Shown here piece after piece: positions 25,211 through 35,733 of a DNA stretch of 64,000 bases. How positions within the stretch are numbered: position 1 is the first letter of the stretch; every line of letters starts with the position of its first letter. Location: NCBI GenBank assembly GCA_010405405.1, contig MU004233.1, positions 251,067-315,066 of the forward strand, written 5' to 3'. This DNA comes from Microthyrium microscopicum. Lineage: Eukaryota. The notes under the pieces are model-generated. The model was not told the DNA's origin. It was given only the letters and a program-made list of their open reading frames with translations, and did no database searches. The position numbers and the translations under genes were made by a program.

Positions 25211-26569
25211 TCACTCATCCATTATCTCGGCAACATCCTCACCAGTCTGAGCATAAGTATCGCTAATTTGCTCTGACATCGTTTCAATCGAGTTCATCTC
25301 ATCCATAGCCTGGACTGGATCGGTATATCCTTCGCCGCTGCTGTAATACTGATCCGCGGGAGCATATGATTGACCAGTCGTGTCGTATGAAGCATCGCCA
25401 TATCCCTGAGCGTCATACGAAGGATCAGTATATGCTTGAGTGTTGTATGAAGGGTCGGTATACGCTTGTGTACTATACGATGGATCGCTGTATGATTGTT
25501 GGGCACTGAGATTTGGATCGTTGTAATAGCTTTGTCCGGTTGTGGGATCAATGTATGATGTTTGGCTCGAATCAGATGGATAAGAGGCTGGATTATTTGG
25601 ATCAAACACGCCTGCTTGAGCCCCACTGTCACTTGATGGATCCGCATACAATTGCTGTGTTGGATCACCGATGGAATTTTGCTGCTGTTGTGAAGCATCT
25701 GCGTTTGGATAATAGCCGCTGTCTCCACCAATTTGCTGGCTTGGATCTTGATATGGCTGCGATCCGTTATTGTAACTCGCTGATTGGCGGTTAGAGCTTT
25801 TCCCGAATAAACCACCAAGTGAACCAGCATGCTTTTTGAGCGACATGGCTCCAACACCTCCTAGGCCTAAAGCTGCGATGCCGCCCACAAGAGCTGCTTG
25901 GCCGGTTTTGGCAGGCTTTGCAGCATTAGCAGCAACAGGAGTAATGGGCTGCGGTTGCTGTGGCATTTGCCCATTCGGTCGTGGAGGACCATAGGCATTT
26001 TGCTGATAAGGCTGAGGGGGACCTTGGGCATAAGGCTGACCCTGTGGTGGGCGCCCTATTTGAGGAGGGAACTGCTGGGGTGGACCTCCAATCTGAGGAG
26101 GACGTTGCTGGGGCGGAGGTCCTTGCTGATAAGGCGAGGTTGGTTGAGCGGGTGGAGCTGTTTGCGGTGTTGCTTGTTTCTTTCCTCCAAACAATCTGCT
26201 TGATCCAAAGGATAATGCGCTAGACAGAAGTCCAACAGGCTTTTCAACACCTTGTACAGGCTTGCTGCCAGTGAGAGAGCCCATCATGTCACCTATAAAA
26301 CCTCTGTCGCCAACTGGGCCGTTGGGAGGGAGAGGCTCTTGAGCGATACCAGGCTGGTTTGGTTGCGGAGTACCAGACTGTTGCTGAGGTTGACGACATC
26401 CCATAATTGCAGGTTGCGGAGCTTGTATTTGTGGTGGCCCGTTAAAGGTGGTCGGAATCTGCCACACAGACTCATTTGTAAGAGTGTTTATATAGAATAG
26501 ACGATTATGCTGTGGGGAATGTTCAGCTTTCCAACCTTGAGGAAGGACTAGAGGCTGTTGAACATTCAT
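25211..26569 (-). CDS. WW-domain protein with Pro/Gln-rich and Tyr/Asp/Ser repeat regions
   Basis: N-terminal LPQGWKAEHSPQHNRLFYINTLTNESVWQIP is a WW domain. Single ORF of 452 aa with 10-aa repeats of the type AYTDPSYNTQ. Confidence 0.85.
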   Translation of the reverse strand: MNVQQPLVLPQGWKAEHSPQHNRLFYINTLTNESVWQIPTTFNGPPQIQAPQPAIMGCRQPQQQSGTPQPNQPGIAQEPLPPNGPVGDRGFIGDMMGSLTGSKPVQGVEKPVGLLSSALSFGSSRLFGGKKQATPQTAPPAQPTSPYQQGPPPQQRPPQIGGPPQQFPPQIGRPPQGQPYAQGPPQPYQQNAYGPPRPNGQMPQQPQPITPVAANAAKPAKTGQAALVGGIAALGLGGVGAMSLKKHAGSLGGLFGKSSNRQSASYNNGSQPYQDPSQQIGGDSGYYPNADASQQQQNSIGDPTQQLYADPSSDSGAQAGVFDPNNPASYPSDSSQTSYIDPTTGQSYYNDPNLSAQQSYSDPSYSTQAYTDPSYNTQAYTDPSYDAQGYGDASYDTTGQSYAPADQYYSSGEGYTDPVQAMDEMNSIETMSEQISDTYAQTGEDVAEIMDE

Positions 26570-28967
26570 ATTGAGTCAGGTCCCGAGAGCAGAATCAAGT
26601 TCAACGCTGACCAAAACGACAAGTCAAGGCGAGGGAGTCGTCATTTATATATGATAAAAGTTCCTACCAGTTGCCGCTGTTAATTGAACATACACCCAAT
26701 ATCAACATCGCAATAGTGAAATGCAGGAGTATCGTACCTGTATCCTACCTCCGCACCCTTTCTCACAAGACATACAGATCTAGACCTCACGTCCCCCACA
26801 TACATTACGAGCTGTACCAACTTCCCCTCAAATGGCCGAATAAGGCTGGCTGTGAAGCCAAGCACGATGATTGCCAACACTCAAAGCTTGATAATATCGT
26901 GAGGCTTATCATGTATCGCCAAGCTTTGCGGAGGCAGTGCATATGCATCTTTGACCTGAAATGAGGTTCTTCAGCTGAAGAATTGCATGTTGTCATTCTT
27001 GGCTGCAGAAACAATTATGCATTCGGATAAGCGGACGGTAATGCTGCGATCATCAATATACTCTCGAGCAAGTTTTTCCACGGTGACATGGCATTCCCGC
27101 TCCTGAGAGAATATTGTGAATATTGCTGGTTCTATTGGTGGTGCTCTTTTGGCGATCTAGACCTTGATCATGCCTAGAACTCTTGACGCAACTGAGATCC
27201 TGCATGGAATTGCCGCGGCTCTCGCTTTCATGAATGGATGTCTTGCAAGATGGATTGCTTGGTAGGCTGATAGGGAGAAGAATGTTCGTCCGAGGCCATG
27301 AGCACTCCCAAACGTATAGCCGCGATTAGGAGTCTGAGTACCTACAAATGACTTAGCATTCTTTTCGCCCGATGCGCAAGCACAGGTACAGGCAATGGCA
27401 CGCATCAAGGGTAGTCCAGTGAGTTTACAAAGCACTAGCCTACAAAGTGGAAACGGTTAGTCCCTCAAAATGAAGAGGACAGAGAACATCACTATTGTGG
27501 AAACATCCCCCCAACTACAAAATGTTCTGTGGATACAACCCCAGTCATAGTGTGTTGGGGGAACTCAAATCATGGCATGGCGGGTGATGCGCTGGGGAAA
27601 GAGGTTGCCTGCTACAAGCCCAACAGAAGTGGATAGAAGGACCAAGCAAAGTCCAGATACGGTAGTTCGGCGATGTCAAAAGCTCCGAAGCAGGTCAAAA
27701 TCAACCGCATGATAATGAAGAGCGCAGACTGGTTGAAGGTTCCCAAGCTCTTGTATGATCTTAAAATTTGGTCTCAGACAAACACAAGGCGTACTGATAA
27801 AGTGAAGTGAGTTCGTACGAGGATCAGGCAAACTCGAAACCAACTCTGTGATTGAACAGGCGCTACAATATGAGTCTTAAAGTAGCATGTGTCACGATAG
27901 CACAAGTTGTACTCTGGTAGAAAGTTGAGATTCGGTACGCGTTGCAGGCAAACAGTCATTCGAGACTGCCTCGTGCTCGTCACGCGCTTCATTCCTCGAA
28001 AGCTCTAGCTGAACAGACCACGAACTGAAGGTCCAGTCCAGCTTGTGATGAAATTGATGACGAAAACAAACTGGCAACTGTGAAAGTTGAAAAGGTCGAC
28101 AGAAGAATTCTGAATAAGTAGAGGCCTGACGAACTAAGAACTTTGAAGGCGTTACGTTTTAAACTCAGCCACATCTACAAACCCAATCACAGCCAGCAAT
28201 ATTCAGGTCAATCAGGGGCTTCAGTACCTTATTGGCTCGGAAGGTTTTTATTCTCTCCCGCAAGGTAGCTTACAGGCATTGTATGAGGCTGTTGAGGCTG
28301 AGATCAGATCTCTCTGCCACTCCGTTGTCGGGTCCTTTGGTGAGTGATGTGTCAAGAATTGATTGCATGGATTTCTTCTGAAAGTTGGAACTGTGGGCTA
28401 TCCGTCTGCCTGTTCTGCTAAGCCTGCGGTGTTGAGAAATACTGTAAATACAGATCACAAACAGACCAGAACCCGGCAATATATCGACGCGCCCCCTTGT
28501 CTTTGCTTGGAAAAAGGCTTGAATCGCATTTGATCTCAGCCAGCTAGGATTACTAGGGCCCAAGCTTACTGTTTTTCTGGAATTGTTCCCCAGATTTCCA
28601 CTTGAGCCTCACTTTGCTCACTCTACAAAACTCCCAATAGTTTGGCACCCCTTATACTCGCCTTCCGTTCTTCACTTTCGTTCAGGAACCAACTGCAATC
28701 CCTCCATCTTCATCGTCGCCGCTGACTCACTGACGAATACCACTTAAGAGCATAAGAAACATCCCCTGGCTGTTATACGATTCCAGGTACGACTGCTTCC
28801 GGAAACGCCAGAATTCACACAACTTTCAAGAATTCTATTCTCTGGCGCATTCATTTCTGGGTGGCGAGAAATTGGCAAGAGCTAACTAAAATTCGGCAGG
28901 CAGCACCCAGAGTATCACCGCATCAAGAACCATCTACACCCTCAGGGGTCCATCCCCAATCCACAAC

Positions 28968-30674
28968 ATGCAGAGCCCTTCTTCTCCAAGATCCCCATCT
29001 CTGTCTGCTGTCCTTCCATCACAACCCGTCTCTCGCGCATCCACTCTACCCGTTCCCGGTCATCAAACTCCTCATCGCAATGATCCAACCTTCCGACCTC
29101 CCAGCCGTATAAGCGTGCCAGCCTCAACCGTCTCCTCAAACGGCGACTACCACACCGGCAAATCATGGGCTCGCACAGTACACACAGAAGACGCATGGCA
29201 ACCCCTAATATTGACCTGCGACGGCGGAGGAATACGTGGCTACAGCACCCTTCTGATCCTCAAAGCCATAATGCATGAAGTCGCTGTATGGGAGAACAAC
29301 CTCGAAGCCCAAGAGAAACCCGTCGGCCAACGGCGCACCTTCAATGAAGACGAGCTCCTTCCCTGTCACTACTTCGACTTTATGTATGGCACATCCACCG
29401 GTGGCTTAATCGCCACCATGCTCGGACGACTACGTATGGGCGTCCCTGCTGCCATCGAAATCTATAAACAAGTCGGGCAAGAGCTGTTCGGCCGCCGGCG
29501 AAGCAAAATGCCCCTCGGCACGAAATACGCCCACGAACCCCTCGAAGAAGCCGTCAAACGTATCGTGCAAACCCACTGCCCAATTTCGCACGATCCTAGC
29601 GTTGCTGACGATGGTTGCGACTGGAATCCTTGGGCTTGCGACCTCACCAATGATCCAAACGCCACCGACGAACCCTTCTGGCGCGAATCAACAAACCGCA
29701 TCTGCCAATCCATCTGTCTAACCGCCATCCACGATCAAAATATCAACCGCGCGTATTTACTCCGAACATACAACCACACATATAATAATCTCGCGCCAAA
29801 ATGGGTCTCACAGTACAACGAAGGAGCCGAAAAACTGCGCATCTGGCAAGTCACCCGTGCAACTTCTGCAGCTCCGTTTTACTTCCAGTCGCTCGTCGCG
29901 GACATTGGTGGCGAAACTAAAGAATTCAAGGACGGCGGCATTCGCGAAAATAATCCTAGTGTGGCTGCCTGGAGCGAATTTATCAGCATTTACGGCGAAC
30001 GCACCGAACCCGCTGCGCTCATTTCCATCGGCACAGGTCGTCCCAATATGACAAAGGACGGATTTCCGGAAACTTGGCCAGGCCCATTTGGACAGCTCAG
30101 CATCGTTAAGAAATTTGCCGAGACGTTTGCGGTCCTGAAGAACATGTTGGTGAAATATACTGAAGGCGAGCGCCAACACGAGGAAATGGTCCACCAAGCG
30201 CAAGGGCAATACACCTGGTATAAACGCCTCAACGTCAACACCGGCCTCCAAGATCTTCGGCTGGACAACTGGGAACCCTCATCTCACGTCGATGAAGCCG
30301 GCGCGAAAGTCACCGTCCCCGGTGGTACAACTCTGCAGACGATCGAGGAAGCTACCAATGCTTATCTCAATCGCACGGATATCCAGCCGGAGGAACTGAA
30401 AGAGTATACGACGCCCAAGGTCATGGTGCAGCAGATTGCCGAGAAGATGGTCCGGCACCGACGGATGCGTGAGCACACTGCACGCGATGATCCGGAGCAC
30501 TCGGAGCGCTGGGCTTCGTATATGGGCCGCAGGCTGCGACGGCGAGAAGCGAGCGTCAAGGCCGGAGCAGAAGACTCGGTGGACACATCAGAGGCGAGTT
30601 TGCCGCTGGAAAATGCGGAAGCGACATCAGAGCATCCTCCGCCCCTTGGGGACTCCATTGGCTCGCTGGATTGA
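28968..30674 (+). CDS. Patatin-like phospholipase (FabD/lysophospholipase-like fold)
   Basis: DGGGIRG (oxyanion loop), GTSTG (catalytic Ser), RATSAAPFYF, DGG..NNP (catalytic Asp) and ISIGTG, in an intronless 568-aa ORF. Confidence 0.93.
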   Translation: MQSPSSPRSPSLSAVLPSQPVSRASTLPVPGHQTPHRNDPTFRPPSRISVPASTVSSNGDYHTGKSWARTVHTEDAWQPLILTCDGGGIRGYSTLLILKAIMHEVAVWENNLEAQEKPVGQRRTFNEDELLPCHYFDFMYGTSTGGLIATMLGRLRMGVPAAIEIYKQVGQELFGRRRSKMPLGTKYAHEPLEEAVKRIVQTHCPISHDPSVADDGCDWNPWACDLTNDPNATDEPFWRESTNRICQSICLTAIHDQNINRAYLLRTYNHTYNNLAPKWVSQYNEGAEKLRIWQVTRATSAAPFYFQSLVADIGGETKEFKDGGIRENNPSVAAWSEFISIYGERTEPAALISIGTGRPNMTKDGFPETWPGPFGQLSIVKKFAETFAVLKNMLVKYTEGERQHEEMVHQAQGQYTWYKRLNVNTGLQDLRLDNWEPSSHVDEAGAKVTVPGGTTLQTIEEATNAYLNRTDIQPEELKEYTTPKVMVQQIAEKMVRHRRMREHTARDDPEHSERWASYMGRRLRRREASVKAGAEDSVDTSEASLPLENAEATSEHPPPLGDSIGSLD

Positions 30675-30974
30675 AGGAGGTGAATCTCGAGGCTACGTGA
30701 AGGAAAGATAAAATGTGAAGAGGTGATTGTGAAGAAAGCCATGTTTGGTTTTCCTTGTTTTGTTGCGCGCATACAAAGCCGAGCGACTTGCATTGATACC
30801 CCGTTTGACTTTAGTCATTTTGGCGTATTTAGCTTTGCGATACTGCATAGAGCGTGTTTACTTGTACTTTTATGTGGCGGTACGTATACATATATCGGCA
30901 TTTGGACTGGAGCTTGGGTAATCTATAGGATAAATATAATATCTGAGCTATTCCTCCTTAGTCTATACAATTAA

Positions 30975-32546
30975 TCATGTAAACTTGACTTCTGCCCTGA
31001 AGAAGTCTACATACTCCTGAGGGAAATCATATTCTTCGGACAAGACATCGACCCCCTTATAAACAAGTTTGTTCCGCATATCTGCAATCTCAACCAGGCA
31101 CTGAGCTTTGCCTGCTATCAAACAGACCTTTCTTAGACTCGTGGCAACTGATACCGTCTGATCAATTGCATACAGCGCGTCATTGCAGCTCGTCTCTATC
31201 AATTCCTTCTTGAACAGATATAGAGCTTCAAGAGACGCCGGGAGAAAGTCATACTCGCCTGCCTCATTAATGCTGAAGTCCGTCATATAGCTGCCACAAT
31301 GCCGGGTATGCCCCTTCTTCCGTCCAATTTCCCAGAATTCAGCCTGTAAGCCCAGGCGCTCGAGCTTTTGAAAACGTTTGAAGTCTATCACTTGCTTCAA
31401 GAGCTTTTCTCCGCTTCTAAAGTAGTCTGAGCCAGGATATCGATACGTAAGCACGAGATCCTCGAGCGTATCACCGACTGAATAGGCGAGATTTGAAATC
31501 AAGTGCTCTTGATTCTTTGCAGAGTGATCCCAGTGACCAAAGCCAAGCCATAATTTCTTGAGTGCAATCATTCTGGACAGAAACGTAGTGAGGGTGTCGT
31601 CGTGGGCATTCAAGGAGTTGATCACGATTGTGGATATGCTGGGTAATGGATCGGGGGTTAGCCATTCGAATTCTGTCCAGGACATGGCGGGAAAGGTATC
31701 GTGGCACCACTGGTCGTTGATCTTGGTGGCCCTAAACTCTTGTATTGGCACGAAAGAGAGGATTGGTGCTACTAGTTTCATGGGGTAAGCGCCCAATGGA
31801 TTGGGTTTGATGCTCAGAGTCTTCAACGATTTGGGGAACCTTGCATGGTCGTCTGGGGTATCTTCGATCGCAGTAGGACACAAGATGCCACACAAGGCCA
31901 GTATAAATTCACCATTGGGATCATGGAGTATGAGTTGTTGCAAGTTTGGCAGGGACTGGAGAAGCAGAACCATAGCCATGTCCGCATAGTCTTTAGGCCC
32001 GCTGCCACAAGAGTCCCATTCTGAGAGGACTTCTAAGAAGAATGGCCAAGTAGTACAAAGGCGTTCAATTTGCTCACTCCAGATTGTCCTACGAGCGTCG
32101 GAATTGCAAAAGATTATGAAATCTTCATGTTCCAAGTCAGTGTCGACTAAAGTCCTGACTCCACTCTTGAAGAGGTTGCCGCGTTTAAGCTCGGTGGGAG
32201 GCCATGATCGATCCCGACCTCCATTCATATGGATGTCATCCCAATAGCGGTCACTAGGTGTCAGTTCAAGGACTTTGGCATATTGCTGAAGATATGAGTT
32301 TAGCTCTGCCAATTTGTTCAGAGCTCCGAAAATGTACGTCGAAACCATCGACCGGGGAAGTTTGTTGGTGACATGGAGATGCGTATTCTCTTTCCGGCAT
32401 TTGTTGTGCGATTGAAGAATAGTCGGATTATCGACCACAACTTGATGGAAACGACGGCAAGTCAGAACAAGACTCTCAAATCCATTAGGTCGACTCTCTT
32501 CGAGAATATGGACAATGAGTTCGCTAGGAAGAGCTTGGAAAGACAT
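30975..32546 (-). CDS. F-box protein with LRR-like C-terminal region (paralog 1)
   Basis: N-terminal F-box MSFQALPSELIVHILE..FESLVLTCRRFHQVV, with LRR-like segments LPNLQQLIL, LKTLSI, LEDLVL and LERLGL. Intronless. Confidence 0.85.
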   Translation of the reverse strand: MSFQALPSELIVHILEESRPNGFESLVLTCRRFHQVVVDNPTILQSHNKCRKENTHLHVTNKLPRSMVSTYIFGALNKLAELNSYLQQYAKVLELTPSDRYWDDIHMNGGRDRSWPPTELKRGNLFKSGVRTLVDTDLEHEDFIIFCNSDARRTIWSEQIERLCTTWPFFLEVLSEWDSCGSGPKDYADMAMVLLLQSLPNLQQLILHDPNGEFILALCGILCPTAIEDTPDDHARFPKSLKTLSIKPNPLGAYPMKLVAPILSFVPIQEFRATKINDQWCHDTFPAMSWTEFEWLTPDPLPSISTIVINSLNAHDDTLTTFLSRMIALKKLWLGFGHWDHSAKNQEHLISNLAYSVGDTLEDLVLTYRYPGSDYFRSGEKLLKQVIDFKRFQKLERLGLQAEFWEIGRKKGHTRHCGSYMTDFSINEAGEYDFLPASLEALYLFKKELIETSCNDALYAIDQTVSVATSLRKVCLIAGKAQCLVEIADMRNKLVYKGVDVLSEEYDFPQEYVDFFRAEVKFT

Positions 32547-33289
32547 TTGAGAATAGAGTTATTGTAATTGCTTCCAAATTGCGTTCCAGGTTGTAAGTGA
32601 AATTGATAATTAGTTGGGGAATGAAAACAGTTGTGGGAGATCGTATATATTCCTATAATTTGTAGATCACACATCTATCAGTGCCTGGAGCTGGCAGTCC
32701 CTCGCCGCTCTCCTTGAATCCTTCAAGGCAGGTTTCAAATTTTATCTTCTTAAGTATGATTACTTCGATTTCCAGGTTCAAAAACCATCAAACTCGAGGA
32801 TATTGTGGCAGGGCTTTGATATAACTCGTCCTACAACTGAAGATGAGGCTGTGCAAGGCAGTTTCCAAGGTTGCTGGTAGTACGGCCTCGAGGCATTATG
32901 CAAACAGATACGTTTTTCTCGGCGTGGCGAGATTATTTAGCCGTGTCGTATAGCAAAGTTTTCCGGATCAGTTTTGAGCATTTGATATTCACTACTTCTG
33001 AAGGAAAGGAAGGCTCAAAACGGGTCGGAAAAATAAATGGCGCGCTCCCATCAGCCTCGTCAGCTCTGAGACGCTAGGTTCTTTTGTCGAGTGCTTTATT
33101 TGCTATGAGGAATGTTTCAATTTGAATGATTTATCGAGTATAACGAGAAAAATAGTATCTTTTGCTTATGAGCCTTGGTGGCAGCCATTAGACTTGATGG
33201 GAGAACGGTGTTGACTTTGCCATGCCAGTGGAGTTCCTTGTGCTCCAATGCCTTGAAACTGCCTCAAGGAGTTGACGCACACGAAAGAC

Positions 33290-34906
33290 TTACATCATGT
33301 CGAACGGATGCATACCAGGTCTCCAAACCACTCTGTAGCAGTCCTCTCTAAAGAACTTCACCACTTCCCAAGGTCGTAAATCTTGTTCTTGCCATAGTAC
33401 TTTGACCCCCTTCTCGGCAAGCAATTTTCTGACATCAATTGTTTGTCGATTGGAGTATTGCTCCTCTCCTCCTACTATGTAAATGTTCGCCAATTGTGTA
33501 GCGGCCGTCTTCGTCTCGCTGAACGGCGTCAGAACTTCATAAATATCCTGCTCTGTCATGTAATCCTCATGCAAATATATCGACCCTAAATTTTGTGGCA
33601 GATATCTATAAATCCCTGCCTCATCGACACTAGAGTTGAAAGGACAGCGGTTGCTTTTGGCGGTGTCCCAGAAGCCATTGTGTAGACCGAGTCGTTTGAG
33701 CTGGCGGAAGGGGCGGAAGTCGAGTGCTTTCCTGCGCCGTTGGATCTTCCTGTGCACATCCCGATCACCGGTATTGCAGCGGTATGTGAGCACCAACTCT
33801 TGCAGAGACTTGCCGACGGTGGCACCAAGAATGTTAATCAGCTCGACGCGGTCGCGGGCACTGTCGTCTCCATGAGCGAAGCCGAGCCATAGTTTAGTGA
33901 GAGCTGGCATGCGGGAGAGTAGAGTGGCAATATTGCCCCTTTGGCCTATGAATCTACGGATTATGACTGTAGACATAGCAGGCAGTGGATCGGGGGTTAA
34001 ATAGTTGAATTGTGTCCAAGATTCGCATTTATGTTCACTGATCCAGCGGTCGTTGATGTTGGAAAGGTCTAGCTCTTGGAGAGAAGGAGTTGATGAGAGA
34101 ACTGGAGCAAGCAATTTGAATGGGTAGTAGCTGCGGCGATCTGACTTAAGACGGAGAGTCTTCAAGGAAGTCGGAAGTTTTGGGACGTTCCTACACGATG
34201 TAGCTTGGTCGATGTGGCAAAATAAGCTGCTTAGAGCCATGATGAATTCTCCGTTGTCTTCCTTGAGCACCAGCTCTTCTAGGTTTGGCAGCGATTGCAG
34301 TAATAGCAACATGGCCGAGTCTGGATGGTCGTGAGCTTCTTCGCAGTTACCCGAATCCCATTCAGAAACGGCTCTTCCAACAGCTGGGCATATAGATGCT
34401 AGGCGGTGGATGTGAGTACCCAGGGCTTTCTTTGGTCCATCAGAGCTGCAAAATCTCTCGAAATCCATGAGCTCCGGCTTCGTAGATGATAGTAACTTGC
34501 GACCAGTATCGAATAAGCGATCTCTATCTTCTTGGGACAGAGGCCATTGTCGCTGACCTACACCATCAATGTAAATGTCGCGCCAATCTCGATCACTCGG
34601 CGTCAATTCGAGAACCTTCACGTAGTCTATGAGTCGAGAACCTGGTTTTGTCGTGTCGTTTAGAGCCCTGAAGACATAAGTCGAGCTGACCGACCCGTCG
34701 CTTGGGTCGTCTTCGGCGACTTTGTTGATTACCCTCAAGTTTCTGTATTCCCTTTTGTGCTTCTTGTGTGAACGGAGAACACTTGGATTTGCCATTACGA
34801 CATGATAGAATTGCTGACAAGTCAAAATGAGGTTTTCGAATTCACTGGAACCGCTTTGCTCCAGAATACTAAGGAATAGTTCGTTTGGAAGGTTTTGAAA
34901 AGACAT
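33290..34906 (-). CDS. F-box protein with LRR-like C-terminal region (paralog 2, tandem duplicate)
   Basis: F-box MSFQNLPNELFLSILE..LILTCQQFYHVV. Collinear with paralog 1 (KVLELTPSDR, SEWDS, LLLQSLPNL, LTPDPLP, KLWLGF, LVLTYR). Confidence 0.85.
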   Translation of the reverse strand: MSFQNLPNELFLSILEQSGSSEFENLILTCQQFYHVVMANPSVLRSHKKHKREYRNLRVINKVAEDDPSDGSVSSTYVFRALNDTTKPGSRLIDYVKVLELTPSDRDWRDIYIDGVGQRQWPLSQEDRDRLFDTGRKLLSSTKPELMDFERFCSSDGPKKALGTHIHRLASICPAVGRAVSEWDSGNCEEAHDHPDSAMLLLLQSLPNLEELVLKEDNGEFIMALSSLFCHIDQATSCRNVPKLPTSLKTLRLKSDRRSYYPFKLLAPVLSSTPSLQELDLSNINDRWISEHKCESWTQFNYLTPDPLPAMSTVIIRRFIGQRGNIATLLSRMPALTKLWLGFAHGDDSARDRVELINILGATVGKSLQELVLTYRCNTGDRDVHRKIQRRRKALDFRPFRQLKRLGLHNGFWDTAKSNRCPFNSSVDEAGIYRYLPQNLGSIYLHEDYMTEQDIYEVLTPFSETKTAATQLANIYIVGGEEQYSNRQTIDVRKLLAEKGVKVLWQEQDLRPWEVVKFFREDCYRVVWRPGMHPFDMM

Positions 34907-35438
34907 CTTAATGTAGAAATGTCGCCTTGATTAATTCGTAGCTTTAGTTTTCCACACTTCGACAGAACCAGGACACAGAATATATGCAAGCAATAATTCA
35001 GCATTTCTTGCAATGGAATGACCAAACCAGGAAATATACCTAGACACTCATAGCTGTCAGTATTGGTGGCACAGGCCCATCACGGCTTTCTTAAAATCCT
35101 TCAAGGCAGGTTTTCGACCATTTTCGTTCCCTCAAGTTAGTTTCGACTTACAGTTTTTCGGTACAGTTCTTAGCCTTTCGCAATCCTGCATCCAAAGAAG
35201 CTGTGGCAGTGCTGCGACGTCCCTACCGACTGGACGGAGGCCAGCCAGGCTGTGCATCAGGCTGCCTTCTGAAACTGCTGTCTCAAAGCCCACCCAGAGC
35301 AATATTCAGAGACCTCGTTTCTGTTTTGACTGGGAAGACAAAAGAGTCAGGCCATCGCTATCAAGTTCACGTCAAAAATAACGACCAATTGTCACTTGTA
35401 AGAAGCGACCTTTTTTCGTACGTTTGTTTATGGCCTGG

Positions 35439-35733
35439 TGACAGAAGGTTCGTTCCAAACCCTAGATCCGCGCTAGTCCTGATCTAGGATTAGGAAGCAG
35501 AAACACCAAAATTTAGCCTCTATTAGCTATCACATCTTTTTACCTTTTCTACCCCTTTTTACATATTACTTTTGCCTCTATTATAGCCTAAATTCTAGGC
35601 TCTAAGAAGACACGTTTTACGTCTTTAATAAGATATAAATATTATAGTTATTATAGTAGTTAGTTAATTAAATTCTTTAATGTTTTCTTTACTAATTCTG
35701 TATTCCTTAAGCTATATAGACTATATTCTATTA
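35439..35733 (+). repeat. 5' LTR of the Copia element
   Basis: Begins TGACAGAA and is collinear with 42458-42752, differing by transitions. It is followed by GTTATAAGCTTAG, which resembles a RIP-mutated Copia-type primer-binding site. Confidence 0.93.

Noticed and set aside
26600..28600. Scattered short ORFs suggesting a decayed gene
   Set aside because: No consistent frame, splice model or recognisable motif was found.
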